DNA of 64,000 nt from Octopus sinensis (GCF_006345805.1 NC_043007.1:9796001-9860000); one strand, 5' to 3'. Counted from the first letter of the stretch, positions 36,856 to 50,300 are shown. The notes: generated from the sequence alone by a model not told the origin. Made by a program: numbers and translations.

Positions 36856-37213
36856 GGATCTTTTCCTTTTGAACGGCAGTTTGTAACATAATTTCTAGGT
36901 AACTAAAAAGTTTTAAACTTCGTATACTGGTAGAATGTGTTTATAAAACATCATTTTCTCTTGGTTTTATTGAGAAAATTCTATGGTTTGTAAGATATTT
37001 CGTTTGAAAATCCGAGCAAATTATTTTAGCTCAAAAGAGAGCATAGGATTGGTTAAAATTCGAAAAATTAAACTACATTAAACAAACAAATTATAATTTT
37101 CTCAAGAAAGCCAAGAGAAAAAAATGTTTTATTTTGACACATTCTACCAGTATACGAAGTTTTAAAGTGTTTAGTTAACTAGAAATTGTCTGCCGTTCAA
37201 AAGGAAAAGATCC
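36856..37213. mobile_element. Internally deleted copy of the 7033-7833 MITE family
   Basis: Same TIRs; 8-bp TSD TATATTAT at 36848-36855 and 37214-37221. Confidence 0.9.
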
Positions 37214-37647
37214 TATATTATAACTGAAAAGCTCCAATGTCCAGTACTCAGGGTTACATACTTCTGATCACCAGCTGGACAACTGAACCTGCTTTACCTT
37301 TGAAATGCTGACTTCAAATTTTGGCACAAAGCCACGAATTTCGAGGGAGGAGTACAGTTGATCACATCAACCCCAGTGCTCAAATGGTGCTTAGTTTACT
37401 GACCCCAAAAGGATGTAAGGTAAAGTCGACCTCAGTGGAATTTGAACTCAGAACGTAAAGACAAAATGCCACTAAGCATTGTGCCGGGCATGCTGATAAT
37501 TCTGCTAGCTTGACACCTTTTTCCTTTGAAATATTCCAAACGAATATTTCCAAAGAAAAGCAGGCTTGGTTTACAAGCTGATGATCGGAAGCGAGTAACT
37601 CTGAGCACTGGAAATCGGAGCCTTTCAATTACAATGAACAATCTACA

Positions 37648-38058
37648 AGGAGTGGCTGTGTGGTAAGTAGCTTGCTAACCAACCACATGGTTCCGGGTTC
37701 AGTCCCACTGCGTGGCATCTTGGGCAAGTGTCTTCTGCTATAGCCCCGGGCCGACCAATGCCTTGTGAGTGGATTTGGTAGACGGAAACTGAAAGAAGCC
37801 TAACGTATATATGTATATATATATAAATGTGTGTGTATATGTTTGTGTGTCTGTGTTTGTCCCCCTCGCATTGCTTGACAACCGATGCTGGTGTGTTTAC
37901 ATCCGCGTCACTTAGCAGTTCGGCAAAAGAGACCGATAGAATAAGTACTGGGCTTACAAAGAATAAGTCCCGGGGTCGATTTGCTCAACTAAAGGCGGTG
38001 CTCCAGCATGGCCGCAGTCAAATGACTGTAACAAGTAAAAGAATAAAAGAGTAAAGAG
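37648..38058 (+). mobile_element. tRNA-derived CORE-like SINE with internal microsatellite. Other copies at ~46717-47118, 50306-50718, 52462-52850 (+) and 27885-28232, 36080-36465 (-)
   Basis: GTGGCTGTGTGGTAAG (A-box), GGGTTCAGTCCC (B-box), CTTGGGCAAGT motif, tail CCAGCATGGCCGCAGTC..ACAAGTAAAAG. Confidence 0.82.
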
Positions 38059-38620
38059 TATCCAACGAAGCTACAAGAAGATAGCCTCTGTGCAGCATAT
38101 AAGCTACTGGGAAAGACTCAAGAGATTAAGACTCTATTCCTTAGAGCGTAGGCGAGAAAGATATGCCATAATATACATCTGGAAGATCCTAGAAGGACTT
38201 GTCCCAAACTTTGGCATCGAGAGTTACACAAATGCCAGAACTGGGCGCCACTGCATAGTGCCAAGGACTCCAAATTTGCCATCAAGATGTAGGACAAGAT
38301 ACTGTGATAGCCTGGGCTTCAGAGGCCCACAGCCCTTCAATATCCTCCCGAAGAACCTGAGAGACCTGCATGGGGTGGATGCAGATGTCTTTAAAATAAA
38401 ACTAGATCTCTTCTTGTCAGGTGTCCCAGATGAACCAACTTCACGGCAGGAGGTGCAGATGAGGGCAGCTGCATCAAACTCTCTCATGCACCAAATGGCA
38501 ATTGCTAAAATGCATTCGTGAAGTAAAATCATGTAGCAACACCAAATAGCGGTGCCCCAGCATGGCCACAGCTCGTGAGCTGAAACTAGATAAAAATAAA
38601 AATAAAAAATAAATAAATAC
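38059..38620 (+). mobile_element. CR1/L2-type LINE 3' end (family C)
   Basis: SYWERLKRLRLYSLERRRERYAIIYIWKILEGLVPN..FNILPKNLR..FKIKLDLFL; (TAAAAA)n tail. Confidence 0.85.
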
Positions 38621-40499
38621 TGAGTCCTGTAATTTACCATTTCTGGAGGATCATACATCCGAAAAAGAAGCACACTGAACGTTAAAACAATGTGTTTACA
38701 GGAAGTTAAACGATATGGCTGATGATAGGACGACCAATGGTTTTGCATCCATAAAGCGCTCAGCCTTATAAACGGCTCGTCGACATTCCTATACATTGAT
38801 GTGTGTCTATGTGCAAGGTCTCAGGGACATAGCGACGGCACAAAGATTCGACGTTGTGGTGGGTAGTCTCCCTTGCATTTATAAATCTCATTTCTGGTCA
38901 CCATAAATAAATGCTAAATTTCCTGTCTTTTTTTTTTTTTTTAAACCTTTTGCTTTGGCACACAGTCTTGATTATATTAATCAGCTCATTTATACCTGAA
39001 ACCATATTTCATATGATCTACTGTAGACAAAAAGGTCAAGTTGACCATGATAGCTTTCTTGGGTGATTTCACCTTGACTCCTGTTTCGTCTTCCAGCTAT
39101 TTTGACTCAGTGAAGCCTTTACGGAATGACTCCCTAATATAACTTCATGCCTTTTGTAGCTGCTCTAGTTGCATTTGACATCCATTCCAGGGCAACAGTT
39201 AGAAAACAGACCTTCTGCAGGGTAGGAGGCTCTCTAGTCCTGCTACAGACAAAGACTGGGGTTGATGTGATCAACTGTAATCCACCCGTCTAACACCCGT
39301 GGACATATTTGCAAAGTCAGAAAACAGCACAGCTCCCATGTCTTTAGGAAACATTTTTTCACCCTGAGAGTTGTTGAAGCATGGAATAAATTGCCGGCAT
39401 CAGTTGTTAGTTGTCGGAGCACTGCATCCTTCAAAACTTCCATGCTTTCTGAGATTCGCCAACACTACACCTGATTTTCTCCCCTCCATACACACGCAAG
39501 CATGTATCTGACTCATACATTGTTCGCTTTCCAGACATTTGTACATTACTGCATATGCTTTATACGCACTTTCTGACAAGTTGTGATGCACCTGAGCACT
39601 GTATACAATAATTTCATTATTATTATAACTGGGTCTGTAATTGTGTGCCAGACGTCAAAACAAACCACATGGCAAAGCATACTAAGAACTTGTCCAATCC
39701 ATGCTAACAGGATGAAGCAGATGGATGAAAATGATTGATTACGATGGTGACAACAGTGATGAAAATGATGATGATGACAACAAAATTGATAAACATCATC
39801 ATCATCATCATCATCCTTTAATATCTATTTTCCATGTTGATATGAGTTGAATGGTTAAACAGAAGCTGGCAAGCCAGATGACTGCACGAGGCTCCAGTTG
39901 TCTGTTTTGGCATGGTGTCTACAGCTGGATGCCCTTCCTAATGCCTACCACTTTATAGAGTATAATGGATGCTTTTTACACGGCACCAGCGCAGGTGCAC
40001 TCGTACTTGGCACTGACATGAATGCTATTTACGTGGTGCTGGCATGGGTGTCTTTTACAATGAAAATAATGATGATGGTGGTGATGAAAATGACATCAAT
40101 GATGGTAGCACGTAAAAAGCACCATCCGATCGTGGCCGTTTGCCAGCCTCGTCTGGCACCTGTGCCAGTGGCACGTAAAAAGCACCCACTACACTCACAG
40201 AGTGGTTGGCGTTAGGAAGGGCATCCAACCGTAGAAACACTGCAAGATCAGACTGGGCCTGGCGCAGCCTTCTGGCTTCCCAGACCCCAGTTGAACCGTC
40301 CAACCCATGCTAGCATGGAAAACGGACGTTAAACGATGATGATGATGATGGCATGGGTGTCTTTTACAATGAAAATAATGATGATGGTGGTGATGAAAAT
40401 GACATCAATGATAATGTTATGTATATGTGTATTTAGAGAGAAAGAAAACTCTAAAGGCCTTTTTTTGTTTCCCTAAACTTTTAAAACCAAATAATTTAA

Positions 40500-40862
40500 T
40501 CACTTTTTCTCATCCTCAGTTTTATCTTGATTTAAAGGGTCCTTTTTTAGATATTCTTTCTCGTCATGTTTCTCACTTTCCTCTTTAATACTATCATGCC
40601 TTTTTAAGTATTTCTTTTGAAACACATCCCACAATTTTTCGTTATCTTCTCCAAGCAGTTCTTTTGTAATATTTTTTACTTTTTCAGGTTCTTTTGGAGC
40701 TTCAAAAATTCCAGTTTGAAACATGAATGCACTGTTGCTTAACCCTCCAATCTTTACAGCAACACCTTGGCTCTCATCAGATTCGAAATTTGGTGGTATC
40801 AATCCTGCAGCCACAAACCGACGTTCAGCATTGAGAAAGTTAAATGTGGAACAAGCATGGTC
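40500..40862 (-). CDS. NDUFAF3: NDUFAF3 exon 5 (DHACSTFNFLNAERRFVAAGLIPP + 96-aa tail)
   Basis: tttcag| acceptor; TGA at 40502-40500. Confidence 0.92.
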   Translation of the reverse strand, partial: DHACSTFNFLNAERRFVAAGLIPPNFESDESQGVAVKIGGLSNSAFMFQTGIFEAPKEPEKVKNITKELLGEDNEKLWDVFQKKYLKRHDSIKEESEKHDEKEYLKKDPLNQDKTEDEKK

Positions 40863-43800
40863 CTGAAAGTAACAAAGATATAAGATGTTATCACTTAATT
40901 CAAGAGAAATTGTGATAATACTGGGAACAGTCAATTCATTTAAGATTAAAACATTTTTTGAGATAATCTTATGAGGGAAGGAATAATAATAATAATATTG
41001 GTAGACTCCCTTCAGTCATGAATGACCATGGGATTGCACCTAGAAAGTTACCCTCCAAGGTACAAGTCCAGGCAAGGTTGATTATGGAAGGCCAGCAGTT
41101 GCCCATGCATACCAGTGTTCCTCAGCAGAACATTTTGTAGAGAGCAGAAAAAAAAAAAATGAAAATCAGTTGGTGCAAGGTCTGGTGAATATGGTGCATG
41201 GGGTAGAACAAACCAGCCCAAATCCAATATTTTATCCTGCATGATTCTTGCTGAATGTAGTCTGGCATTATCATGGAGAGGCACAATGTTTCTCCTATTG
41301 ATGAGTACAGGGCATTTTCTCAAAAGATTTTCATGCACACATTGCAGTTGTTGAGAGTATAAGTCAGTATTTAGTGTTTGATTGCAGTTTAAAAACTCAA
41401 AATGAATACCATGCTAATCTTATCATACATACAACATAACCCTTCCTTCCATGGAGCTCAGCTTTTAAGGTAGGTTGTGGAGATTTAACGTCATAAACGA
41501 CCCACTTTCCATCACTGTAATGATGATGATCATCATCATTTAGCGTCCGCTTTCCATGCTAGCATGGGTTGGACGGTTCAACTGGGGTCTGGGAAGCCAG
41601 AAGGCTGTACCAGGCCCAGTCTGATCTGGCAATGTTTCTACGGCTGGATGCCCTTCCTAATGCCAACCACTCCGTGAGTGTAGTGGGTGCTTTTTACGTG
41701 CCACCGATACAGGTGCCAGACGGGGCTGGCAAACGGCCATGGTCAGATGGTGCTTTTTACGTGCCACCGGCACGGGGGCCAGGCGAGGCTGGCAACGGCC
41801 ACAGGTCATTTCTCTGCCTTGAAAGAAAACTTGTCACTATGGACATGCAATCTTCCCATGTCTTCTCACTAAGAGTATGTAGAAGCCAAACACCCAGCTT
41901 GTTGACTTTTCTTATGTTTTCCAAGTGGTGGCAAATAGTGGATTGGGAGGTGTTGAGGTCAGTTGCTAATTCCCAAATACTTTCATGAGGATTGCTCTTA
42001 AAGCATCTTGATCAAAGTGTGATGAGTGTCCTGGTCTAAGTTGATCTCTCAATGACAGATCTCTGGAATGAAACTTTGAAATTCAATTTCATACTTGTCA
42101 CTCAGTAATGATACCTTGGCCATAAACATTGCATATTTTCTTAGCTGTTTCTGTGATGATTTTTTCCATTCTTAAACTCCCACAACATCACATGTCAGAG
42201 ATGCACTTTCAATTCATCCATTTTAGGGGAATGAAATTTAATATTAAACTAAGACATGCACACTTTCACTACTTAAGTGTGAATAACAGATGAGGTTGTT
42301 TTATTTTTTTTTAAATACTGTAGTTTCCATTTCAATTCTAAACCTGTGAAGTTCAAAATGCATCCCTACAATTTACTTCCAAAAAGCGCAAATTATTTAT
42401 TACTTGAACTAATATATAGGTCTGTCCGGCATTCGTCACGATAGATTGCTAGCCACTACACATTCTTTATTTTCTCCCCTTGTTTCTTTCTGTGTTCCTT
42501 TCTGTGGAAGAGCATAGGTTCGAAACGTTAAAGACTTTTTCATTTCCTGAGCATTATACATCTGTTTGTTGTCAATACCACCTGTCTTCCTCTTTTGTTT
42601 TTTTGTGAATTCTCCCTATTTATAGACATACATACATTATCTTCACCCTTTAATGTCCGTTTTCCAAACTAACATGGGTTGGGTGGTTTGACCAAAGCTG
42701 GCAAGCCAGAAAACTGCACCAGATTCCAGTTTGTTTTGGCTTGGTTTCTATAGCTGAATGCTCTTCCTAATGGTAACCACTTTACAGTGTGTACTGGATG
42801 TTTTTAATGTGGCACCAGCATATATATATACCATAAATCCTCAAGTATAGTCTGCCCTTGAGTATAATACGAAGGGAATTTTTAGGGGGCTGTAACTCTG
42901 AAAAACCTAAACCTTGTGTATAATACGCACCCCTTCTCTAACTTGAGTCAAGGAGGTCTATATAACGTCCTTGGTTTGTAAACCTGTATACGGTAACGTC
43001 CTTTATTATTATTGTATTTATAACATAATGCAAACGTGTAGCTTTTTTTGTGCATTTTGTTTGCAGAAAATAAAGAAATAACAGTAATAAAAGTAATAAC
43101 GTTTAATAAATGTTGCTTACTGCAAGTTATGGATGATTCTTTTATGAGTTCATTGCTTTTAGGCTTAGCTTAAGGTATTTTCGCGCCCAACATCACAAAA
43201 TGCATCTGAATAAACATTGACGGACAACAAATAGAGATTCGGACATTGCTTAGAAAATAATTTTCATTTTTAACCTCGTATATAGTACGCACTAGGGATT
43301 TTGACCTTTAAATTTTGGAGGAAAAATGCAGATTATACTCGAGGATTTACGGTATATATATCGCCATGATAGATCGTTAGCTCCTACACGCATTTTTTTC
43401 TCTCCTTGTTTTTTTCTGTGTATCTTTCTGTCGAAGAGCGTAGGCTCGAAATGTAAAAGACTTTTTCTGTTTTTATTCCTGAGCGCTATACTAATACATT
43501 TGTTTGTTTGTACTCCACCTGCCTTCGTCTTTTGTCTATTTTCGTAAACTTTCACTTTATATATATATATATCTTGATGTGCAGATGTGTTTGTGTCTGT
43601 GATTGTCTTCCAACACTGCTTGACAACCAGTATTTATGTTCTTGTAACTTAGTAGTTCAGCAAAAGAGACAAAAACAATAAGTACTAGACTTTAAAGGAA
43701 TAAATACTGGGGACGATTTGTTTGACTATACCATTCACTGTGGACCCCTAATATATAGCTGCAGTCCAGTGACTGAAACAAGTAAAAGTTTTCCAAGTTG

Positions 43801-46303
43801 AAATGTGTATTTCTGATATATTTACAATAGAGATTATTCATGTTAACTATGGCCTTCATCTAATAAGATGATATTTTTTAACTGCTTAACCAAACTACAG
43901 CTATAAAGAGGGGACAACTGTTTTTAACACTGGATATGTTGAAACAAGAAGAGTAATGTACCTTCCTTTGGGAGTACAACACAATGAACTGTAACAGCCA
44001 CTGCATAGTAATGAATACGGAAGAAGAGACCGTCGGCGGCGGCAGCAGCGACGTTTTAACGTCCACTTTCCCAAGCTGGCATGGGTTGGACAGAATATTG
44101 TTGAGGTGGGTTTTTCTGTGGCTGAATAGAAAATGTATGTATATGTATATATGTTTGTGTATATATATGCATATGTAAATATGTTTGTGTGTCTGTGACT
44201 GCCCCGCCACAACCATCGCTTGACAAATGATGTTCGCGTGTCTATGTCTCTGTAACTTAACGGTTCGGCAAAAGAGACTGATAGAATAAGTACTAAGCTT
44301 ACAAAGAATAAGTCCTGGGGTCAATTTGCTCAACTAATGTTGGTGCTCCAGCATGACCACAGTCATATGACTGAAACAAATAAAAGAATAAAAGAATAAT
44401 TATATTGTTACTACTTACCGTTGTGAGAATTTCAAAACTTATGTTTTTTGAACGCAGGTAACGAATCAACCTTTTGTCAAATTTTGATGTGTCACTTCCA
44501 ACACCAAGAAGAAGAATATCTGAAAAGTTTAACAAAAAAACACCTATTTTAGTGCATCGCTTCTCTTCTTCACCCTTTTCAAGCCTAGCCAGGCTCATGG
44601 GCCTAGTTTTCCGGTTTCTGTGGCGTATATGTACTCCCTCCAATTGGACGGGATGCCAGTCCATCGCAGCGTTACTCAAGAAACAGGAAGAGAGAGTGAG
44701 AGAAAGTTGTGGTGAAAGAGTACAACAGGGGGTCGCCACCCACCCCCTGCTGGAGCCTCGTGGAGCTTTTAGGTGTTTTCGCTCAATAAACACACACAAC
44801 GCCCGGTCTGGGAATCGAAACTGGGGATCGTCCGACCGCAAGTCTGCTGCCCTAACCACTGGGCCATTGCGCCTCCACATTTCAGTGCATACTAACCATT
44901 TAATCAAACACTGAAATATATGTCCATTGCATGAAACATTAATATACAGCCACAACCTTTTGGAAAACCTTCCCTATCCAAGCTCTTTCCTACCCGCTAA
45001 CATCGGCCTGTAGAACCATCAACATGATTATTTGACTGCTAGAAACACCTGCTAAATCTGTCTTTTAACCCTTTAGCATTAAAACTGGCCATATCAGGCC
45101 CAAATATTCTACATGTTTTATATTCAAACTGACTAAATTCTGCCTTACACACCTTAATTCTTTATTGCCCACAAGGGGCTAAACATAGAGAGGGACAAAC
45201 AAGGACAAACAAAAGGATTAAGTCGATTACATCAACCCCAGTGCATAACTGGTACTTAATTTATCAACCCCGAAAGGATGAAAGGCAAAGTCAACCTCGG
45301 CAGAATCTGAACTCAGAACGTAACAGCAGACGAAATACTGCCAAGCATTTCGCCCAGCGTGCTAACCCCTCTGCCAGCTCCTTCCTGGTGCCATGCCGTC
45401 ACACCAGTGCTGGTGCCATGCCAGTGTTGGTGCCACGCCAGTACTGGAGCCACGCCAGTACTGGAGCCACGCCAGTACTGGAGCCATGCCAGTGCTGGTG
45501 CCACATCAGTGCTGGTGCCATGTCAGTGCAGGTGCCACGTCAGGGCAGGTGCCACGTCAGTGCAGGTGTCACGTCAGTGCAGGTGCCACGTCAGTGCAGG
45601 TGTCACGTCAGTGCTGGTGCCACGTCAGTACTGGTGCCATGCCAGTGCTAGTGCCACGCTGGTGCCGATGCCATGTGAAAAGGACTGTTTGCTCTGTAAA
45701 GTGGTTGGTGTTAGGAAGGGCATCCAACCATAAAAACCCTGCCAAAACAGACAGTGAAGCCTGGTGCAGTCTTCTGCCTGTCAAACCATCCAATCCATGC
45801 CAGCATGGAAAAATGGGCGTTAAATAATGATGATGCGGAGTTCAAATCTTTCTTGAAAGCCTTAAAAATCCCAATGACAAAACCACACCAATATATTCGC
45901 TCTCTTGAATCATTTACATGAAACTCAAATCTTCAGTGATGTACCAACAAGGCTATTTTGTGTAAACTCTTACCTGGTTTAGGTGCCAGAAGACAGAACA
46001 ACGATAAAGAATCTTCACTGATATCTTCAGGACCTTGCACCTGCGGAATAACAAATGCAAAAAATAGAGTTAGCTTCTCATGAATAATATGTTACCATTT
46101 TAACATCCATTTTTCCATGCTTGCATGGGGCATACAGAATACATTAAGGCAGATTTCCTATAGCCAGACCTCACTAGCTGCTAGACCTCACTTGTATCCA
46201 AGCAAGGAAACATTTTCCTATAGCTTGACATGTTTTCACAGAAGATAAAAAATAAAGGACACTACTGCTGTGATGAAGATGCTTACTGTTTTACATATAT
46301 GTA

Positions 46304-46344
<41 letters not shown>

Positions 46345-46359
46345 ATATATGTATGTATG

Positions 46360-46394
<35 letters not shown>

Positions 46395-46659
46395 ATATGT
46401 GTGTGTGTGTGTGTGTTTGCATATATGTGTGTGTATTATATATATATATGTGTGTGTGTTTGCATATATGTGTGTGTATATATATATATAATATATGTGT
46501 GTGTGTGTGTGTGTGTGTTTGCATATATGTATGTATGTATATATATATATATTATATATATATATATATATATGTGAATGTGTGTGTGTGTGTGTGTGTG
46601 TTTGCATATATGTGTGTGTATATATATTATATATATATATATATGTGTGTGTGTTTGCA

Positions 46660-46719
<60 letters not shown>

Positions 46720-47351
46720 GCTGTGTGGTAAGTAGCTTGCTTACCAACCACAGGGTTCCGGGTTCAGTCCCACTGCGTGGCATCTTGGGCAAGTGTCTTC
46801 TGCTATAGCCTCGGGCCAACCAAAGCCTTGTGAGTGGATTTGGTAGACAGAAACTGAAAGAAGCCCGTTGTATATATGTATATATATATGTATATTTGTG
46901 CGTGTATGTTTGTGTGTCTGTGTTTGTTCTCCTAGCATTGCTTGACAAACGATGCTGGTGTGTTTACGTCCCCGTCACTCAGCGGTTCAGCAAAAAGAGA
47001 CCGATAGAATAAGTACTGGGCTTACAAAGAATAAGTCCCGGGGTCGAGTTGCTCAACTAAAGGCGGTGCTCCAGCATGGCCGCAGTCAAATGACTGAAAC
47101 AAGTAAAAGAGTAAAAGAACCTCTTTGTATATATACAAAGAGGTTCTGAAAAGTTCCTGGCTATAAGGGTATCATGAAAGGCCAGGTTGGAGGCCCCACC
47201 TTCTGAGTTCTTTTACGGGGCTTAGAAAAACTGATGGTCTGCTGCAATAAGCATGTGAATCTGAGAAGAGAATATGTTAAATATAATCATAATTAACTGA
47301 TCCTCTTGTATTTTTTCTTTATCAAAAGCCAGGAACTTTTCAGCATCTTCT

Positions 47352-47394
<43 letters not shown>

Positions 47395-50300
47395 TATAAA
47401 TAAATCGAAATCGATCAACATCAATGGAAATTGCAGCTGTGATACCAGTGCCGGTCGTAGGTAATTGAACCATCCGAACGTGGCCATTGCCAGCGCCACC
47501 CCAACTGGCCTCGTGCCTGTGGCACGTAAAAAGCACCATCCGATTGTGGGCGTTTCCAGCTTCGCCTGGCCCCATGCCAGTGGCACGTAAAAAGGACCAT
47601 CCGATCGTGGCCGTTTGCCAGCCTCGTCTGGCATGTAAAAACCACCCACTACACTCACAGAGTGGTTGGTGTTAGGAAGGGCATCCAGCCGTAGAAACAT
47701 TGCCAGATCAGACTGGGCCTGGTGCAGCCTTCTGGCTTCCCAGACCCCAGTTGGACCGTCCAACCCATGCTAGCATGGAAAGCGGACGCTAAACGATGAT
47801 GATGATGATGATGATATATATATAGCTGTGTGTTACAGTTCAACAGATTCATTAAGAATCAAAGCACATTAACGTATAAGACGCCACCAATTGACAGATA
47901 AGTGACAATTTGCAAAATGTCATTTATCTAACTTGGAATCCTGTTATATCACCTGTGGGGTACATTGGAATTCATTATATCGTTCTCCCCTCAGTAGGGA
48001 GCAGTGCAGCATTATGCTGAAACAATCATTGTAATAAATAAAGTTTCCAGCATACTCAGTCTTCCATATCAATTATTTAGAATATATATATATATATGAT
48101 ATATATCTGTTGTGTGAAAAAGTGCCACACCCTAGCGGTTGAGGGAACCTGTGGAAGAGGTAGACCCAGGAAAACCTGGGACGAGGTGGTGAAGCATGAC
48201 CTTCGAACTTTAGGTCTCACCGAGGAAATGACTAGAGACCGAGACCTATGGAAGTATGCTGTGCGTGAGAAGACACGGCAGGACAAGTGAGACCATAACC
48301 CATGGCCTCTATCTGGGATGTAGCCAGTCCACTTAGGCATACCTTTTCTTCTTGGGACACAAAACTCTACCTGTGAAGACCTGTTGAGGCAAGTGAGAAT
48401 CAGAATCAAAATCGATCAACATCAATGGAAATTGTAGCTGTGATACCAGTGCCGTTGCCAGCACCACCCCAACAGGCCTCTGTGCCGGTGGCACGTAAAA
48501 AGCACCATCCGATTGTGGCCATTTACCAGCCTCGCCTGGCCTCTGTGCCGGTGGCACATAAAAAGCACCATCCGATCGTGGCCGTTGCCAGCCCCGCCTA
48601 GCACCTGTGCCGGTTGCACATAAAAAGCACCATCCGATCGTGGCCGTTGCCAGCCTCGTCTGGCACTTGTGCTGGCGGCATGTAAAAAGCACCCACTACA
48701 CTCATGGAGTGGTTGGTGTTAGGAAGGGCATCCAGCCATAGAAACATTGCCAGATCAGACTGGGCCTGGTGCAGCCTTCTGGCTTCCCAGACCCCAGTTG
48801 AACCGTCCAACCCATACCAGCATGGAAAGCAGACGCTAAACGATGATGATGATCTGTTTGTCCTCCACTGCTTGACATCTGGTGTTGGTTTGTTTATGTC
48901 GTCATAAGTTAGCAGTTTGGCAAAAAGAGAAAAAATACTAGGCTCAGAAAAAAAAATGCCTGGGGTCAATTTGCTCAAGTGAACACTTCAAAGTGAGGCC
49001 CCAAAGGTCTAATTAATGACTGAAAGAAATAAAAGATCAAAGGTGCGTGTGTGATGTGTATGTGTCCCACTACAACTTGACAACCAGTACTGGTTTGTTT
49101 ACACTCCCATCACTTAACAGTTCAGCAAAAGAGAACTGATCGAATAAATACCAGACTTAAAAATAAGTGATGGGTCGATTGATTCAATCAAACCTTTTTG
49201 AGGTAGTGCCCCAGCATGGCCACAGTCCAAGGACTGAAACAAGTATTAAAAATAAAAGATGAGTCTGCTCATTTAGAGCTTTTCGGTCGCTAAACAATAT
49301 CAATGAAATAAATAAAAAAAGAGAAATTCAAAGACACTGACATTCCAATGCAAAATAGAACGTGGAAATAGGGCGCAGGGTCCAAATATGCGGATATTGT
49401 TGTTTAGTTTGAAACCATAAGGACTGTATGCTTCCACCATAATTCCAGAATCTTCTTCTTTGTTAAGCATGCTAATACTTGATGGCGCGTAAGCAAATTC
49501 ATCATCAAAGAAACGGACTTGCTGTCTGTTGAGACGAAAATACAAGAGAGAGATATGTTAGACATTATCATTTATAAAGAATCAAGGAAATGCAGGTATC
49601 AGTCTAATCAACTACATATATTTCTTTACTACCCCACAAGGGGCTAAACACAGAGAGGGGACAAACAAGGACAGACAAACGGATTACATCGACAAGGCGG
49701 CGAACTGGCAGAAACGTTAGCACGCCGGGCGAAAAATGCGTAGCCGTATTTCGTCTGCCGGTACGTTCTGAGTTCAAATTCCGCCGAGGTCGACTTTGCC
49801 TTTCATCCTTTCGGGGTCGATTAAATGAGTACCAGTTACGCACTGGGGGTCGATATAATCGACTTAATCCGTTTGTCTGTCCTTGTTTGTCCCTTCTGTG
49901 TTTAGCCCCTTGTGGGTAGTAAAGAAATAGGATTACATCGACCCCAGTACGTAACTGGTACTTAATTTAATCGACCCCGAAAGAAAGGATGAAAGGTAAA
50001 GTCGACCTCGGCGGAATTTGAACCCAGAACGTAACGGCAGACGAAATACGGCTACGCATTTCGCCCGGCGTGCTAACGTTTCTGCCAGCTCGCCGCCCTA
50101 ATCAACTAAATAGATTCATCATCACCACCATGGTACAACTTGAGAACAGTGGTCCTGGTGCGCGCACTCGCATACTCGCACATCTGCGCTAGCTAGTCAT
50201 GACTAATCGATCCTTACTTTGTGTTTTTGTGTGTTATTTACTTTGTTTAATAAAAATTATTTACTTTGTGTAAAAAAATTATTTATTTTGTGTTTTATTT

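Noticed and set aside
49522-49523. Second AG 4 nt downstream of the NDUFAF3 exon 2 acceptor
   Set aside because: Using it would shift the frame relative to the phase-2 exon 1.
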